Assembly (NCBI GenBank): GCA_000708835.1
Contig: DF237163.1
Span: forward strand, 76,549-140,548
Reading direction: 5' to 3'
DNA: 64,000 nt
Source: Klebsormidium nitens
Lineage: Eukaryota > Plantae > Klebsormidiophyceae
Shown here: piece by piece, positions 11,514 through 23,300 of the stretch
Position numbering within the stretch: position 1 is the first letter of the stretch
How the letters are laid out: every line of letters starts with the position of its first letter
Made by a program: the position numbers and the translations under genes
Notes under the pieces: generated by a model
Database searches by the model: none
Seen by the model: the letters and a program-made list of their open reading frames with translations, nothing else
Told to the model about the DNA's origin: nothing

Positions 11514-14500
11514 ATGCACGCAGCTACTTGCAGCGCTCGTTTAGGGCCTTCTGTCAGCCTCACAAATTTAGGATGCAAGAGGGGGTTACCTCATCACAGG
11601 GGGGGGAGCGCCAGACTCCTTCCCAGACAGGGTAGGATCAAGGGGAGAAACACAAAATGCAGCATGAGTAGAGGGGGGGACGATGCAGAGGTGGATGTTG
11701 CAGTGATTGGGGGGGGGCCAGGAGGGCTAGCAGCAGCATTTGCCCTTATTGCAAAGGTGCGATGCGTGTCAGACTGACTACTAACTGTATCAGCACCTTC
11801 TTTGTCTTCTACAGAGTCACTCTTAAGGTAGTTCCTTTACTTGGATACGAGATTGTTTGAGTGACAGGAGTCATTGCTCACGTGTGGAAGCTGGCATAGA
11901 GCTTTTGGCGCGGTCAAGTTTTCAAGCATAACCGAGTGACGCTTGAAAGTAGAAAGCTTGAACAGTAGACCGACAGTTCTGGGGCAGAGCTGGGAGAACA
12001 CTTACAGCATAAAACATTGCAGCAAAAAACATCGCAGCAGAAAACATCGCAGGAGGACCACAAAACATCCTCTATTTCAACTTCTTTGGTTGTCTCCGGA
12101 TGCTCATACCTGTCAGGCTCTTGCTCAGAGCTCCACGTTAGTGCCTCCTTTTCCTTAGACCACAGTATGCCATATGCCTTCAACCTGCTAAGGATACCAA
12201 GAAGACTGCTCCTGAAACTGTTTCTTGCTTCCCCCAGGGCTTAACAGTTCGTGTGTACGAAAGGAGTAAGGCCGTCCAACAGGTTGGGGCACTCCTCTCG
12301 CTGTTTCCAAACGGCTTGGAGGCCCTTCACAAGATCGACCCAACCACCTACGAAGCAGTGCTTGGAAAAGCGGAGCCTCCTTCCTCGTGAGCATCTTGGC
12401 TCAGGTTGCTGGCTACGACTTTTGCAATTCTTGCCAGTCTCTGTGATTCAAGTCAAGTCGAGTCGTTCTGTTCCACCTTGATCTGCTCTAGACTTCCAAC
12501 GTCTTTTGCAAGTACAGGCAGTACTTAAGCCAGCTTCACCATCATTGCTGACTGCCATTTGCCGTGAGGTTGTGTCAACTTTCACATGGTTTCTGACATG
12601 CAGCATGATCTACACATTCCGAAGAGAGCTTCGCACTGTGTACAGTGTAGAGTTCCACAGAGCGCTAGCAACCGTTCCTGGAGCACACTCACAACTAATT
12701 TTCAACGAAGGGAGCTGTACCAATGTGTGATGCCCTTGCCAGCCTGCAAAAAGCGGCGGCCTCAGCTTGCGAAGCACCCTAAGCGTGGTGCCTGTCTGAC
12801 TTCAAACTTGTCCATGGCTCCTGCAGGAGTGTCAGAATGGATCCCCGAGGCACCCTTCTCGGTCCGCCCGGCCCGCACCCCTTTAGTGCCATGGAGGGCA
12901 AGTACGGACACCCCTTTGTCAACATTATATGGTACGAACTGACGGTAGGTCAGAGGGCTGACAGCAGTTGCTTTGAAAGCAAGACCTCCCCTTTGATGCT
13001 TCTCAGAGACGACCAGTGTGTGCAACGAACATGAATCTTGGGCAATCTCGGAACTCCTTCAGCCCGCAGCCAGAGTGCGGCCTGCCAGATCATGTCAGCA
13101 GAACTCCCTTTGAGAAGACCTCATTCTATCATAGGACGTTCTCCGCTCGAGGTTACCTCCAGGGACTGTTCATCTAGGCCACCGCTGCGTGGGGTTTGAA
13201 GACGCCGGCGCGCATGTTGCTGTGGAGTTTGAGAACCAAGCGACCGTGAAAGCGCGCATGGTCATCGGTGCAGACGGGGTGCGCTCTGTGGTCCGAAGTA
13301 TGCTGCTCTCCGATGGGCCCCCGACTTACACAGGTGAGCTCCGGTGGTGACAGGGAGTGGGAATACACTCTGCTGCATCAGCTTTCAGTGCAAAAGGTGA
13401 CAGTGACCATAGTAGAGAAGATGCTAGCCTGGTTCATGCGAGCAACGTTGATCGGAACGGCGCCCCACGGAAGTCGAACCTCGTCCAACCTCCGAAAGCC
13501 GATTTTGGGGCACAGGTTAGGTACTAGGAGACAGCAAAAGTTTCTTGCAGCATTGAGCTGCATCTTCTGTTGCCTGCAATGCGAACCTTCTAGCCAGCTG
13601 TACAGTGAACGCCTGCTCACGGGGCCGACCGTCGTCAGGATCAGTTCCTTGCACGCACTAACAACAGACACGTGTGTGCTCAATCAGTGGGATGAAGTTC
13701 GGAGTTCTCCAAACCTCCCGTCTCTGTGCCGTTTCCTTTGCAACAAAACAATGCGCCGGACCTGCCTCTCTTTTGGCCTGCTTGAGGCGAATCTTTTCCG
13801 ACACCTTTTCTCAACCCCTGCATCGTTTCCCTTCCGCTGCAGGCATCATGAGCTGGCGTGGGGTGTTTGACTCGGATGCAGACATCCTGACCCCCAGCCG
13901 CCAAGCTTCGGTCACAAGTGGCACCGACAAAGGCGGGCCGGACAAGCTCTTTCTCGCTGTGGATATTCAGGTCCGCCGTTCCCTCTTTCGTCAACCAAAA
14001 AGCAGAGAAACAACCTCGGTCGGGACATAGCATTCTTTCGCATCGACACCCTTCTGACTTAATCGCAGTCTGGTCGCCGCGACTTTCCGCGGAAATTCAG
14101 AGTAGAGTTTAGCTTTCCAGTAGAGAAAGATGGGCTCACTCTTGAGCTCAAAAGGCAAGGTTCGGCCTGAGACGGTGGCGCATCGTGTAAAATCCGTCTC
14201 CTTTGTTGAGGACTGCCACTGTGTTCGGAGTGTCTGCTCACTCGAGCTTCAGCAGGACAAGTAAAGTTGGTCAGCAAGCGAGAGTTTCCAGCAGCAGCTC
14301 TTGCAACTGGGTTGCAACTGCTTTCGATGTGGACGAAATGAGGAAGCCCCGGCTCTGTCAAAGGCATTGATTTGGTAGAAGCGTTGTGTGCTCAAACTGC
14401 AAAGAGTGATAAAGTGTAGAGTATTGGGACAATCTGACCAGAAGCACCCTCTATCTAAAGCATCACATCAAACCAGAGCACGTCTCGTTGACTTGCAGGC

Positions 14501-16907
14501 GCGGAAGACGGCGTGGGTCGCCTTCGTGCTTCAGGCAGAGGACCCGTCCGAAACACCCAAGCTTTCGGACGGTGCTGCTCATCTGGATCGCGTCCGAAGC
14601 CTCTTCTCGGACTGGGAGGCCCCTCTGCTGCACAGAGTCTTAGATGCAACAGACAGCGCGCGTGTGTTGCCGCTCGGGATCTTCGAGCGCTCCCCTGCTG
14701 ACACGTGGAGCGGTGGGAGGGTGACACTTGTCGGCGATGCGGCGCATGCGATGCAGCCCTGGCTGGGGCAGGGGACGAACTCTACCTTTGAGGACGTGCA
14801 TACGCTAGCAGAGGTAAGAGAGCGTGACAGGTGTACGTCCGAATGCGCAAACTCCAGCGGATTTGAGGACACATTGATCAACGTTGATCGTTGAACATTG
14901 ATCATTGATCAACGTCACAACTCGTGATGCAAGTTACACGATGTGATAAGAGGTGAGAAGCGCCCCACACCGCAACTCACCTATATATGAGAACGTACGA
15001 GTACACTATGGCGAGCAGCTTTTGCCCGCTGCATTGAACAGGTGTTTGAATGGAATTTTGCTTGCCAGATCTGACTTAGGTCTTTGCACACAGAGCGGGT
15101 GTTGTTTTCCTCATCTCGCCAAGATCCGAAGGTGTTGTTATGCTCAAATTCCCCCAGTCACTCTGGGGGTTACCTTCCGCACGGAAAAGTGGCCCCGTGC
15201 AACGGTCAGATTGTCATCGTAAAAGTTTACTTCTTCACAAAGCTCCAGAGCATGGTGGAGATTGGAACACCTCGGTGTTTTTGCTACACAGGAGTTTTTG
15301 GCCCTTAACTATGGTTGGTTATGAGCTGCATATGGGCTGGTTAAAAAGTGATTATGTGTCCAATAAACAGACTTGGGCGGTAACCAGCCCCGGAACAAGT
15401 TTAAAGCCGGGTTATTTGTTTGGTAATCTGAGACTCCGTCCGGTAACCCGCCTGGTTGGCAGCCAAATTTCCCCGTGCTGATGTATTGCCGTACGAGGTC
15501 GGCAACTTCAAAACAACACCCTCGGTGTTTGTGCGGCGACGGCAGCGCGGCAATCGCTCAAATACCACAACACCCGCTTTGTTTGTAAAGACCCTTTGAG
15601 TCCTGTGTTCTGTTTTACGCTACGCTTCGGCAAAGATGCAAACTGGCCAACACTGGAACACTTTGTGCTGGGACACAGCCGAAAAGCGGGAATGTAGATG
15701 AGGCGCTGGGCGATCCTTGCGCTTGCTGAGAGGGATCCCTCCACTCCTCCACATTCTCTGGAGCTGGCGTACATGCTGCTGGGATACGAAGAACGGGCCT
15801 CAATCAAACAGATTCTAAGATGAATCCTTTAATCGGTGAACCTATTGGCGCTGAAATTGTCATCCACGTTCATCCCTCGTCTTTTGACAACTCTTCGTCA
15901 CAGTCACAATTACATTAACAATAACAATAACAATATCGATATGAACAATGGTCGTTGGCCAAGCCAGCTCAAAGTCGCATGTGAGTGCCACAATTCCTCA
16001 ATTGTCACTTCCTCACTGCTATGCCTCAGCTTTAGCAATCGTGAAGAAAGTAAGCAATCGTGAACAAAGTCACAGCGGTTGTAAGACCCACAATCCTGGT
16101 GCGTCGACGTGTTTGCAGTTGCTAGCGGCCGCTGGAGGGCCGAAAGTGTTGGGCGATCGGTCAGCTGTTGTTTCCGTGTTGAAAGAGTACGAGTCCAGAC
16201 GGATACCGAGAACGAAAACCCTCCAAAGGTTAGCGCTTCCGCCGAACCCTGCTCTCTGCACACCGCAATCAACCCGTCCAAGTTTACCTGCGTTTTTTTT
16301 CGCCTGTGTGGGGTTGAAGCATTCAGGCAGACCTTTCCACCTCCACCTCCATGTTTTCGGGAGCCCCATTTGCCCGACTATCTGCGACTCTAGAGCAGAC
16401 TCTCGGGTTTGACACCAGGCGCCCAGACCTTCGATTGCAATGGTTACGCAAGAAGATGTCCATACCAGCTATATGCATCGCTCCGCAACTGGGGATATCT
16501 GAGCTCTGATTATATACTACGTCTTCTTCTAACTTTCTTCCAATTGGATCTTCGGACTTGAGACACCTTTCTAAGGTCCGCATCTCGCTAGCTATAACGC
16601 TTCGGTTGAGGGAACGTTCAGTGCCTCCTTGTATCGGCTCCACCTATGTTGAGGGCCTGTGTCTTGGCCGTCGACTCCTATACGATGGGTCAGGTTCTTG
16701 CAACTTAGATATGCGAGGAAAAGCCGCAGGCCTCTGGCAAAGTCTGACCTATCCTTTGACCTATTGACCTGCAGTTGGAGCCAGTCTACGGTGCTCCGGC
16801 CATTGGATCAACCTCCACCTCCACGAGCCACACAGTTCATGAGGAGCGCCGAGGAGGATGATTGGATGTATACGTATGACCACGCAGTGCTCACAAGTCT
16901 TGCGTAG
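11514..16907 (+). CDS. FAD-dependent monooxygenase (class A flavoprotein aromatic hydroxylase family), 8 exons, probable plastid transit peptide
   Basis: Exons 11514-11756, 12238-12386, 12827-12944, 13135-13333, 13843-13970, 14499-14813, 16119-16228, 16775-16907, all GT-AG and frame-consistent. Motifs VAVIGGGPGGLAAA (GxGxxG), IGADGVRSVVR (DG) and LVGDAAHAMQPWLGQG (GD). The start could alternatively be 11664. Confidence 0.92.
15079..15593. mobile_element. MITE-like non-autonomous element in monooxygenase intron 6
   Basis: 27-bp imperfect terminal inverted repeats at 15079-15105 and 15567-15593 (24/27 match), with internal copies of an AACACC/GGTGTT motif. No coding capacity and no clear target-site duplication. 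Confidence 0.55.
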
Positions 16908-19900
16908 GGATGAAGCGGCAGGAGAAGCATGCCGCACAGCCGCAACACGCCTTAGAGCCCAATCCTAGCTTAACAAGAGCACGATACAGTTCGGTCTCAC
17001 CAGCTATACAGATGAGTCTAGGTAAACATCAAATCTGGGTAGACGTCAATTCTAACACGTGATGTGGGCAACGCTACGGTTCCTGACATGATCAAAAACG
17101 AGATCAATCAGCGCTTTCCTTGATACGCGCACACGTCAAGTGGCACATCCAACCAAGTTGCATGCGCAGACCTATCTTTTCATAAGTGGCGTACGTAAGT
17201 GATTCAATTTATCTCCTTGACTAAGACTTGTGTCTTCTTTATGAATTATACTTACACGCAGATGGTAGGGTGGAAAGAGCTTTCAAGCTCAACTCCTGAG
17301 TTGAATACAAACAGGGCCATGAAAATTGCAGAATGATCTGCCCACCAAGAAGTGGGCACAGCGAAGCATCAACAACGGAAAGGAAAAAGAGGAAACTTCT
17401 TGGTACTTTTCTTTTGGCTCCGAGTCCACATGCACTCTGACCAATGCCCGTCATGAAGCACGTTGTCTCGCCCTTGCCGGCTCGAAAGCACTTAAAGCAG
17501 ACAAAAAGCCGCCAAAACAAAGTCAGTTTCATGTTCTAAGTTGGACGCTGGTATGCCGGGCCCCCAGCTTCTCGATATACAGTTGGCCCTTCCTCAGTCG
17601 GATCCATCAAGACCTTCCTTTTTCCTTCCTCAGTCACCGCTCAAAATTCGAAACACGCGAGCTCGTTTCGCTCTGCATGAGACGGGCCGGCGTGCTTCCC
17701 GTTTCGGGGTTGAAAGTGGTGACTAATCCTTGGAATCCTTGTGCGTTTTTGCGACTAGCAGTGCAAGCCGGTGAAGGAAAGTCAGCCGGACAGACTCAAG
17801 AACCAAAACTGTTTTGGCGCACACGCGCAAAGGACCAGATCTTGAGCCATCTGAGCCAACTCAATATCCGCCTTTTATGGACCCAACCGCATCACTGGAG
17901 GCAGGGCCCAATAGTGAATCAACAAGTAAATTTGCGCGTGGGCGCTCATTCACATCTTAAGGAGGTAGGCGGCCTCCAATATTTCACGCTACGCGCTGAG
18001 TTCGCTCCTGGGCGAAAGCAGCTTCCCGGCCATGGCGCGCTTTTGTCTGAAAGCAACCATATGCCCATACAACGAACAGCCCAAGAAAAGCTACAGAGAC
18101 TACTTACTGCGGCAGACAGATGGTGGGCTCTCGAGTTGCTTATTGCTCATATGGCGGTTCTGTCCATCGTCAAAAAGAACGTGCATCTGAGACAGACAAA
18201 TTAGTAAACTTTCCCATGCAAGGTCTAATTTGTCGGAACGTCCGTAGGATGGAAAGAACGATTCTTATAAAGATAAGGTCAATGGCACCTAAGTTGCAGC
18301 TTATTCAATTGTGCGCGCACACCGACTAGACATCAGAAAATAGGATCTACGATACAAGTGCATATGGCGCGGCTACGCTGCGGCCTTTTGCAGGGTGGCC
18401 ACCGTACGTCGGATGCATAGTCCTTGCCTGTCAGGCTGTACGGTTCGTGACAATATTCTCGACTATCAAACGTGCTTAGATTCAGCAGTCAATGCTCGTG
18501 GGGTTGCGCTTGCAGGAATTGGAACGAAGGAAATCTAGCTCGAAACTGATGAGCTAGGTCGATTATAATTGCGAGCCTGCTAGATTGATCACAAACGTGA
18601 GCACCGCACTGCAGGAACAAAGTCTAATTACATGCAGACCTTCTTCTGAATCACGGGGTAAATTGGTCAAAGACCAACCGTTTCAATTAGCATATCTTTG
18701 TTTAGCAAGAGGGCCAATAAACGGACTCGACTCTGTCATGTCATATCAAGTCCGCTTTAGCAGGTCTAAGCGGTCGAACGACCAATATCCTAAATGGCCC
18801 TTATCGAAAACCAAGGGCAGCCTTGTCTCTCAATTGAGTGCATGAGCAGCTTGGGGAAGATGAACCTAATAACTCTTTTCAACAGTCCCTCCAGCTGCGC
18901 GGTTTGCCACCATGCGCACTGACAGAAGCACAAGCAACGAAGTAACAAACAGTCAACACGCTGCACTTTTCAAATGACCAATTCCGACAGGCACTCCTGA
19001 ACTGCCAGCTCGGCAGCTAGCTCAGTGGGCGCCCACCGGCCCATAGCCGACACAAGGCTCTCAACCTGCCCGGTTGACTTCAGCTCTTTCGTTCCGTACT
19101 CACTGAGAAGCAGACCCGGCGGATTCACAAGAGACGAATCTTGGATGCGCACCGTTTGAGAGCCAAGACATCTCGAGACGATCAAGCACACGTCCAATTT
19201 GCGATGCAAAGGTCAGTCCGACGGACCCTGACTTCAACTTCCACTACTAGTTGACAAAGCGGCCCAATGAAGCGTCCTGGTGCATCTGACCGATCAGATG
19301 TGCAACTTTCAAGAAAGAACCTAAGGGACGAAGTCGATTCAACTTTAAGACCGAGCGAACTATGATGGCACTGCAGACTCGGCAACGCACGGCTTCCAAA
19401 CGGCAAAGAATGCTTCTTGCTATGATTACAGCTGTCTTCGCTTAAGCCTCAAACCCTATGATCACGATTAACGCATCTGGAGTCCAATCCTGGAACTAAT
19501 TCATTAGTTGAGCTACACGAAAGGACCCCTTTTGACATTAAGTAGTAGCCTAAGGGGCCCTGCTTCGCTGGTGTGACCTACCCATAACCTGCCTCGCTAC
19601 GCCTAGCCTCGATGGTTTTTGCAGCGTGTCGTTTCAAAACCCTGATCCTGAACAATCTTGAAGCTTCCCCAAAGCCTCTAAGACTGACGATCGACGCTCA
19701 AATCTACGAACGAAATGAACAACCGACTGATTTGTGACTTCACTGTGAAATGCGTGCTGCTAAGAAATCCTTGAACGACACTAACAAAGTCTAAGAACGA
19801 ACGTACCGGAATCTAAACAACGTCAGCCCCATACGGACGCTCAGTGGACGGCCTATCTTGCAACGGAATGTCTTGACGAACAACGCGCTTTCGCGAAAAC

Positions 19901-20302
19901 TCGTAAGGCAGGTGGCCTGGAAAGCGGCACGAACGAAGGGGATCAAGGGCCGGGCAAAAGATAGGCTAACGGACGGGTTAATAAAAGGGTGCAAGCGGGT
20001 TTCAAGGTGCATCGTCAGCTTAAGTCGTGCGGGACGATATGACGCTGAAGTCAAGAAGCTGTTCTTAATACAGCCCATCCTTCTCTGTATTCTTAGCAGA
20101 CAGGTCTCCCTGTGCACACAACAATTTGGACATTGGCGAACGGACTCGCAGGGTCAGAATCTGAAAGTTGAATTCTTGAGAAGCTCTACGGGAGGGTAGA
20201 CCGCAGATGCACTGCATCACTGAAAGCTCACAGTCCTCTTAGGAGCCCAAGAAACGGGGGCTGCTTCGGACACAAAACCCGATGCACCAGTCGTGTTGGC
20301 CG

Positions 20303-23300
20303 TCATATTGTCCGCTTCGCAGACCATGCGAAGCTGTCAGCCCGGGAACAGATCCCTACCGCTGAGTGGCAGTGATCGGAGACTTCTGGTGGCAGAAACA
20401 CCAACCGAAAAAAAGACCAGTAATGTGTGGGACACTCACTTTCGGGATCTGAGAACCTGGGGTAGTGTTGGCGGTACACGAAGTACGCAAAGAAGAAACC
20501 TGCAAAATGTTTACTCACGTCAGGATCTCGTAGCACGAGAGTACACGCCTGAAAATGGTCGTGAAGAAGGTGCAGCAACGCCCTGAAATATGCGGAGAGA
20601 GAGCTGCGATAGTTGTGAACTGGTCTCGGGCTACGAGCCAGCAGGCTATTCTAGCAAGGTGTGGAACGATTCGAAACCAGAGCTGCCTCAAGTAAGGGGA
20701 GGACGTCTTGAATCGTCACCAGCAACTCCTGAATGACTCTGTTCCTTACCCACGAGCAATCCCATGATGATATCCGTCGGATGGTGCTTGTAGTTGCAAA
20801 ACCGGGTGTAGCCAACGAAGATGGCAGCAATGGACGGGAGTAGGACCACCACCAGCTTGCTGACGTGGCCCCGCCGGTCGCCCACGTGGAGCTTGCCCGC
20901 CAGGTAGAAGGAGAGATAGCCCAGGCCCGCCGCGCTCACTGCAGTAGAATGGATACATGCTCAGCATATGCCGACGTCATCTATCTAGCAATTGCTGGAT
21001 TGAGGTACAGTCCTGAACGTGGCCAACAAAATCTACTCGACATACGTCTTGCAGACTTTGAACTTATGCTGAGCGACACCAAAATTGCTCTGCGGATGCA
21101 GCTGACGTCAGCTTCGGGATACCAAAGTCCTGGTGGCGCTAATTATGCTGCCATCGGAGTTCCTCCTTGCCAGGATCACACCTCACTTCTTCCATCAATC
21201 ACGCGAAACAGACTTGCATTCAGGAGCGATGGCAATCATGTGACAAGAAACTCTAATGCCACAGAACCCAGCGTGGACAGCGTGCAATTGATGCGTGCGA
21301 AAGCGCTTGTCCAGTGACTCGGAAAGGCGACAAGGCAAGCAGGAAGTTGGTGTCATGGTCGCAAAGGAGGCACCCTAGAGAATAGGGCGTACGACGTTGC
21401 GGAGTGACAGACCCGCTAAGGACTGGCAGGACCCAAGAAAAGAGCGATGGGAACGTGAACAGCCTCAAAAGGAGGGGCGACTAGATTAAAGAACACTCGC
21501 AAACACCCCGCCTAACGAGCGAGCCACATCTCGCGTGCGTTTGCAACTCGGGAAAACGTTCCTTTCATACCCTAGAACAGCATGAAGCAAGGAAGCACAC
21601 TGATTGCCTATCGTGTCTAGGATCCAAATCATTGACTTGAACGTCTGTAGACTCTGTGCTTGAGGTCGGAGGCATCAACAAACGCGCCACGTACTGAAGG
21701 GCTTTCGGCGTAGTCACACGCAAAAGATGCGACCAGCTAAACTATACACAAACGGAACTCAAAGTTTGTCGAATCCACACCTGCGTGCTGGCGCCTTACA
21801 GAGTATGCTGTCAAGAGTTCTAAAGCGTCACCGAGTAACAAGCCCTCTCAATAAGTGGTCCGACACAAACACCAAACGAAGCTTCGGTTGCCGTTGTGGA
21901 CGAAACTTTCGGGGCTCCAAAAAGGGGAAGTCTAGGTAGAAAGGGTCGAGTAAAATCTCCCGCACCGTTCGAACACTTGCTTCAATACATCGCTCGACTC
22001 ACATTTTAGCAAAGTACGTTATCTTTGAACTCGTAGCTCTTGGTTCAAACACCAAGTGGAAGCGGAATTGAGACGCAAGTCGCTAGACACGCTTTCTCTC
22101 CGTCACGAAGCGATGCGCATTCGTTCCTTCATTCTTCGAATGATTCAGGACCTTTCACCAAAGGCTTCCGCTCGGAATCCAAAATGAGCAGTGACAGCTT
22201 CATGTCACTACTTTCTATCGTCCTTGCCTTAATCACAGGTACCAAGCTACAAGACATGGCTCCGATGTGTCATGTTGGAAAAGATCCGCTAGAGAGACGG
22301 ACCACAGCATCGTCCTTGCCATGATGCCGCTAAGTGACAATGACGAAGCAGACACCACACGCATAACGTCCGCGTCCAGCGTTACTGTGCGAACGCCCGT
22401 TAAGAACTGCTCTCCGCATGCTCAGCGGAACGGTTTTAGGTTTGCGTTTCTTTTTCGGTTGTCAGGGTCCCAAGCGGCTGAACCAATACCAATTCACTAC
22501 CAGTCCAAAGAGACAATTAAGACGGAAACAAGCGCCGCATGTTGCTCTCCGCATGCTCGGCAGAACGATTTTAGGTTTGCTTTTCCTTTTTGGATGTTAA
22601 GGTCCCAAGCGGCTGAACACTCCAATACCTATTCACTAATAGTTTAAAAAGAGACAATGAAGATGGAAACAAGCAGCGCAATGAAGATATACCAATGCAA
22701 AACAGGGGGGAAAGAAAGAAAAAGAGAGAGAAACAAGCGACAAACATAGCTTCGTGAAGCATCCACCTTACTCTCAGATCACCCTCAAACAGCTTTTCAA
22801 GAATCTTCTTGCTAGTCAGAGATGCCCAAAACTTCGGATGGTCTTCTTGCCAGTAAAGGCTAGCTAAAGGAGCGTAAGGCACAATTGCGTGCGTAAACCA
22901 GATTAATCATATTTGTACAAATACTGGACTGAGCAGGGTATTGGGTGGGCCACAAACCGGCTTCAAACCATACTTCGAGAATACGCCGACAAGGTCAAAA
23001 GGTCTTTCGAAGAAGACATAAAAGCAGAGAAAACGGGCAACCTCGCAAAAGACCGCCAGAAGCCACTCCAAAAGTAGAGCACTGTCCCTGTTCTAAAATG
23101 AGTCTGCTGCGAAGGCGAGCGGTTTCAACAGGTTGTCGTTATTTCCGGGAAAGGACTGAGGTTGCTGACTCTGTAGACGATTACTACTGGCAGTCAAGAC
23201 GTGCCAACAGCGGTCTCTTCCCAGCCAACTCGCTTGTGAGAAGGGCTGCCAACAAGAAGCTTCCAAACGGCAAAAGAACTGATTTCCAGTAACCTTTCAA

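Noticed and set aside
13268-13870. 200-codon ORF spanning monooxygenase intron 4
   Set aside because: Wrong frame for the flanking exons and non-protein-like composition.
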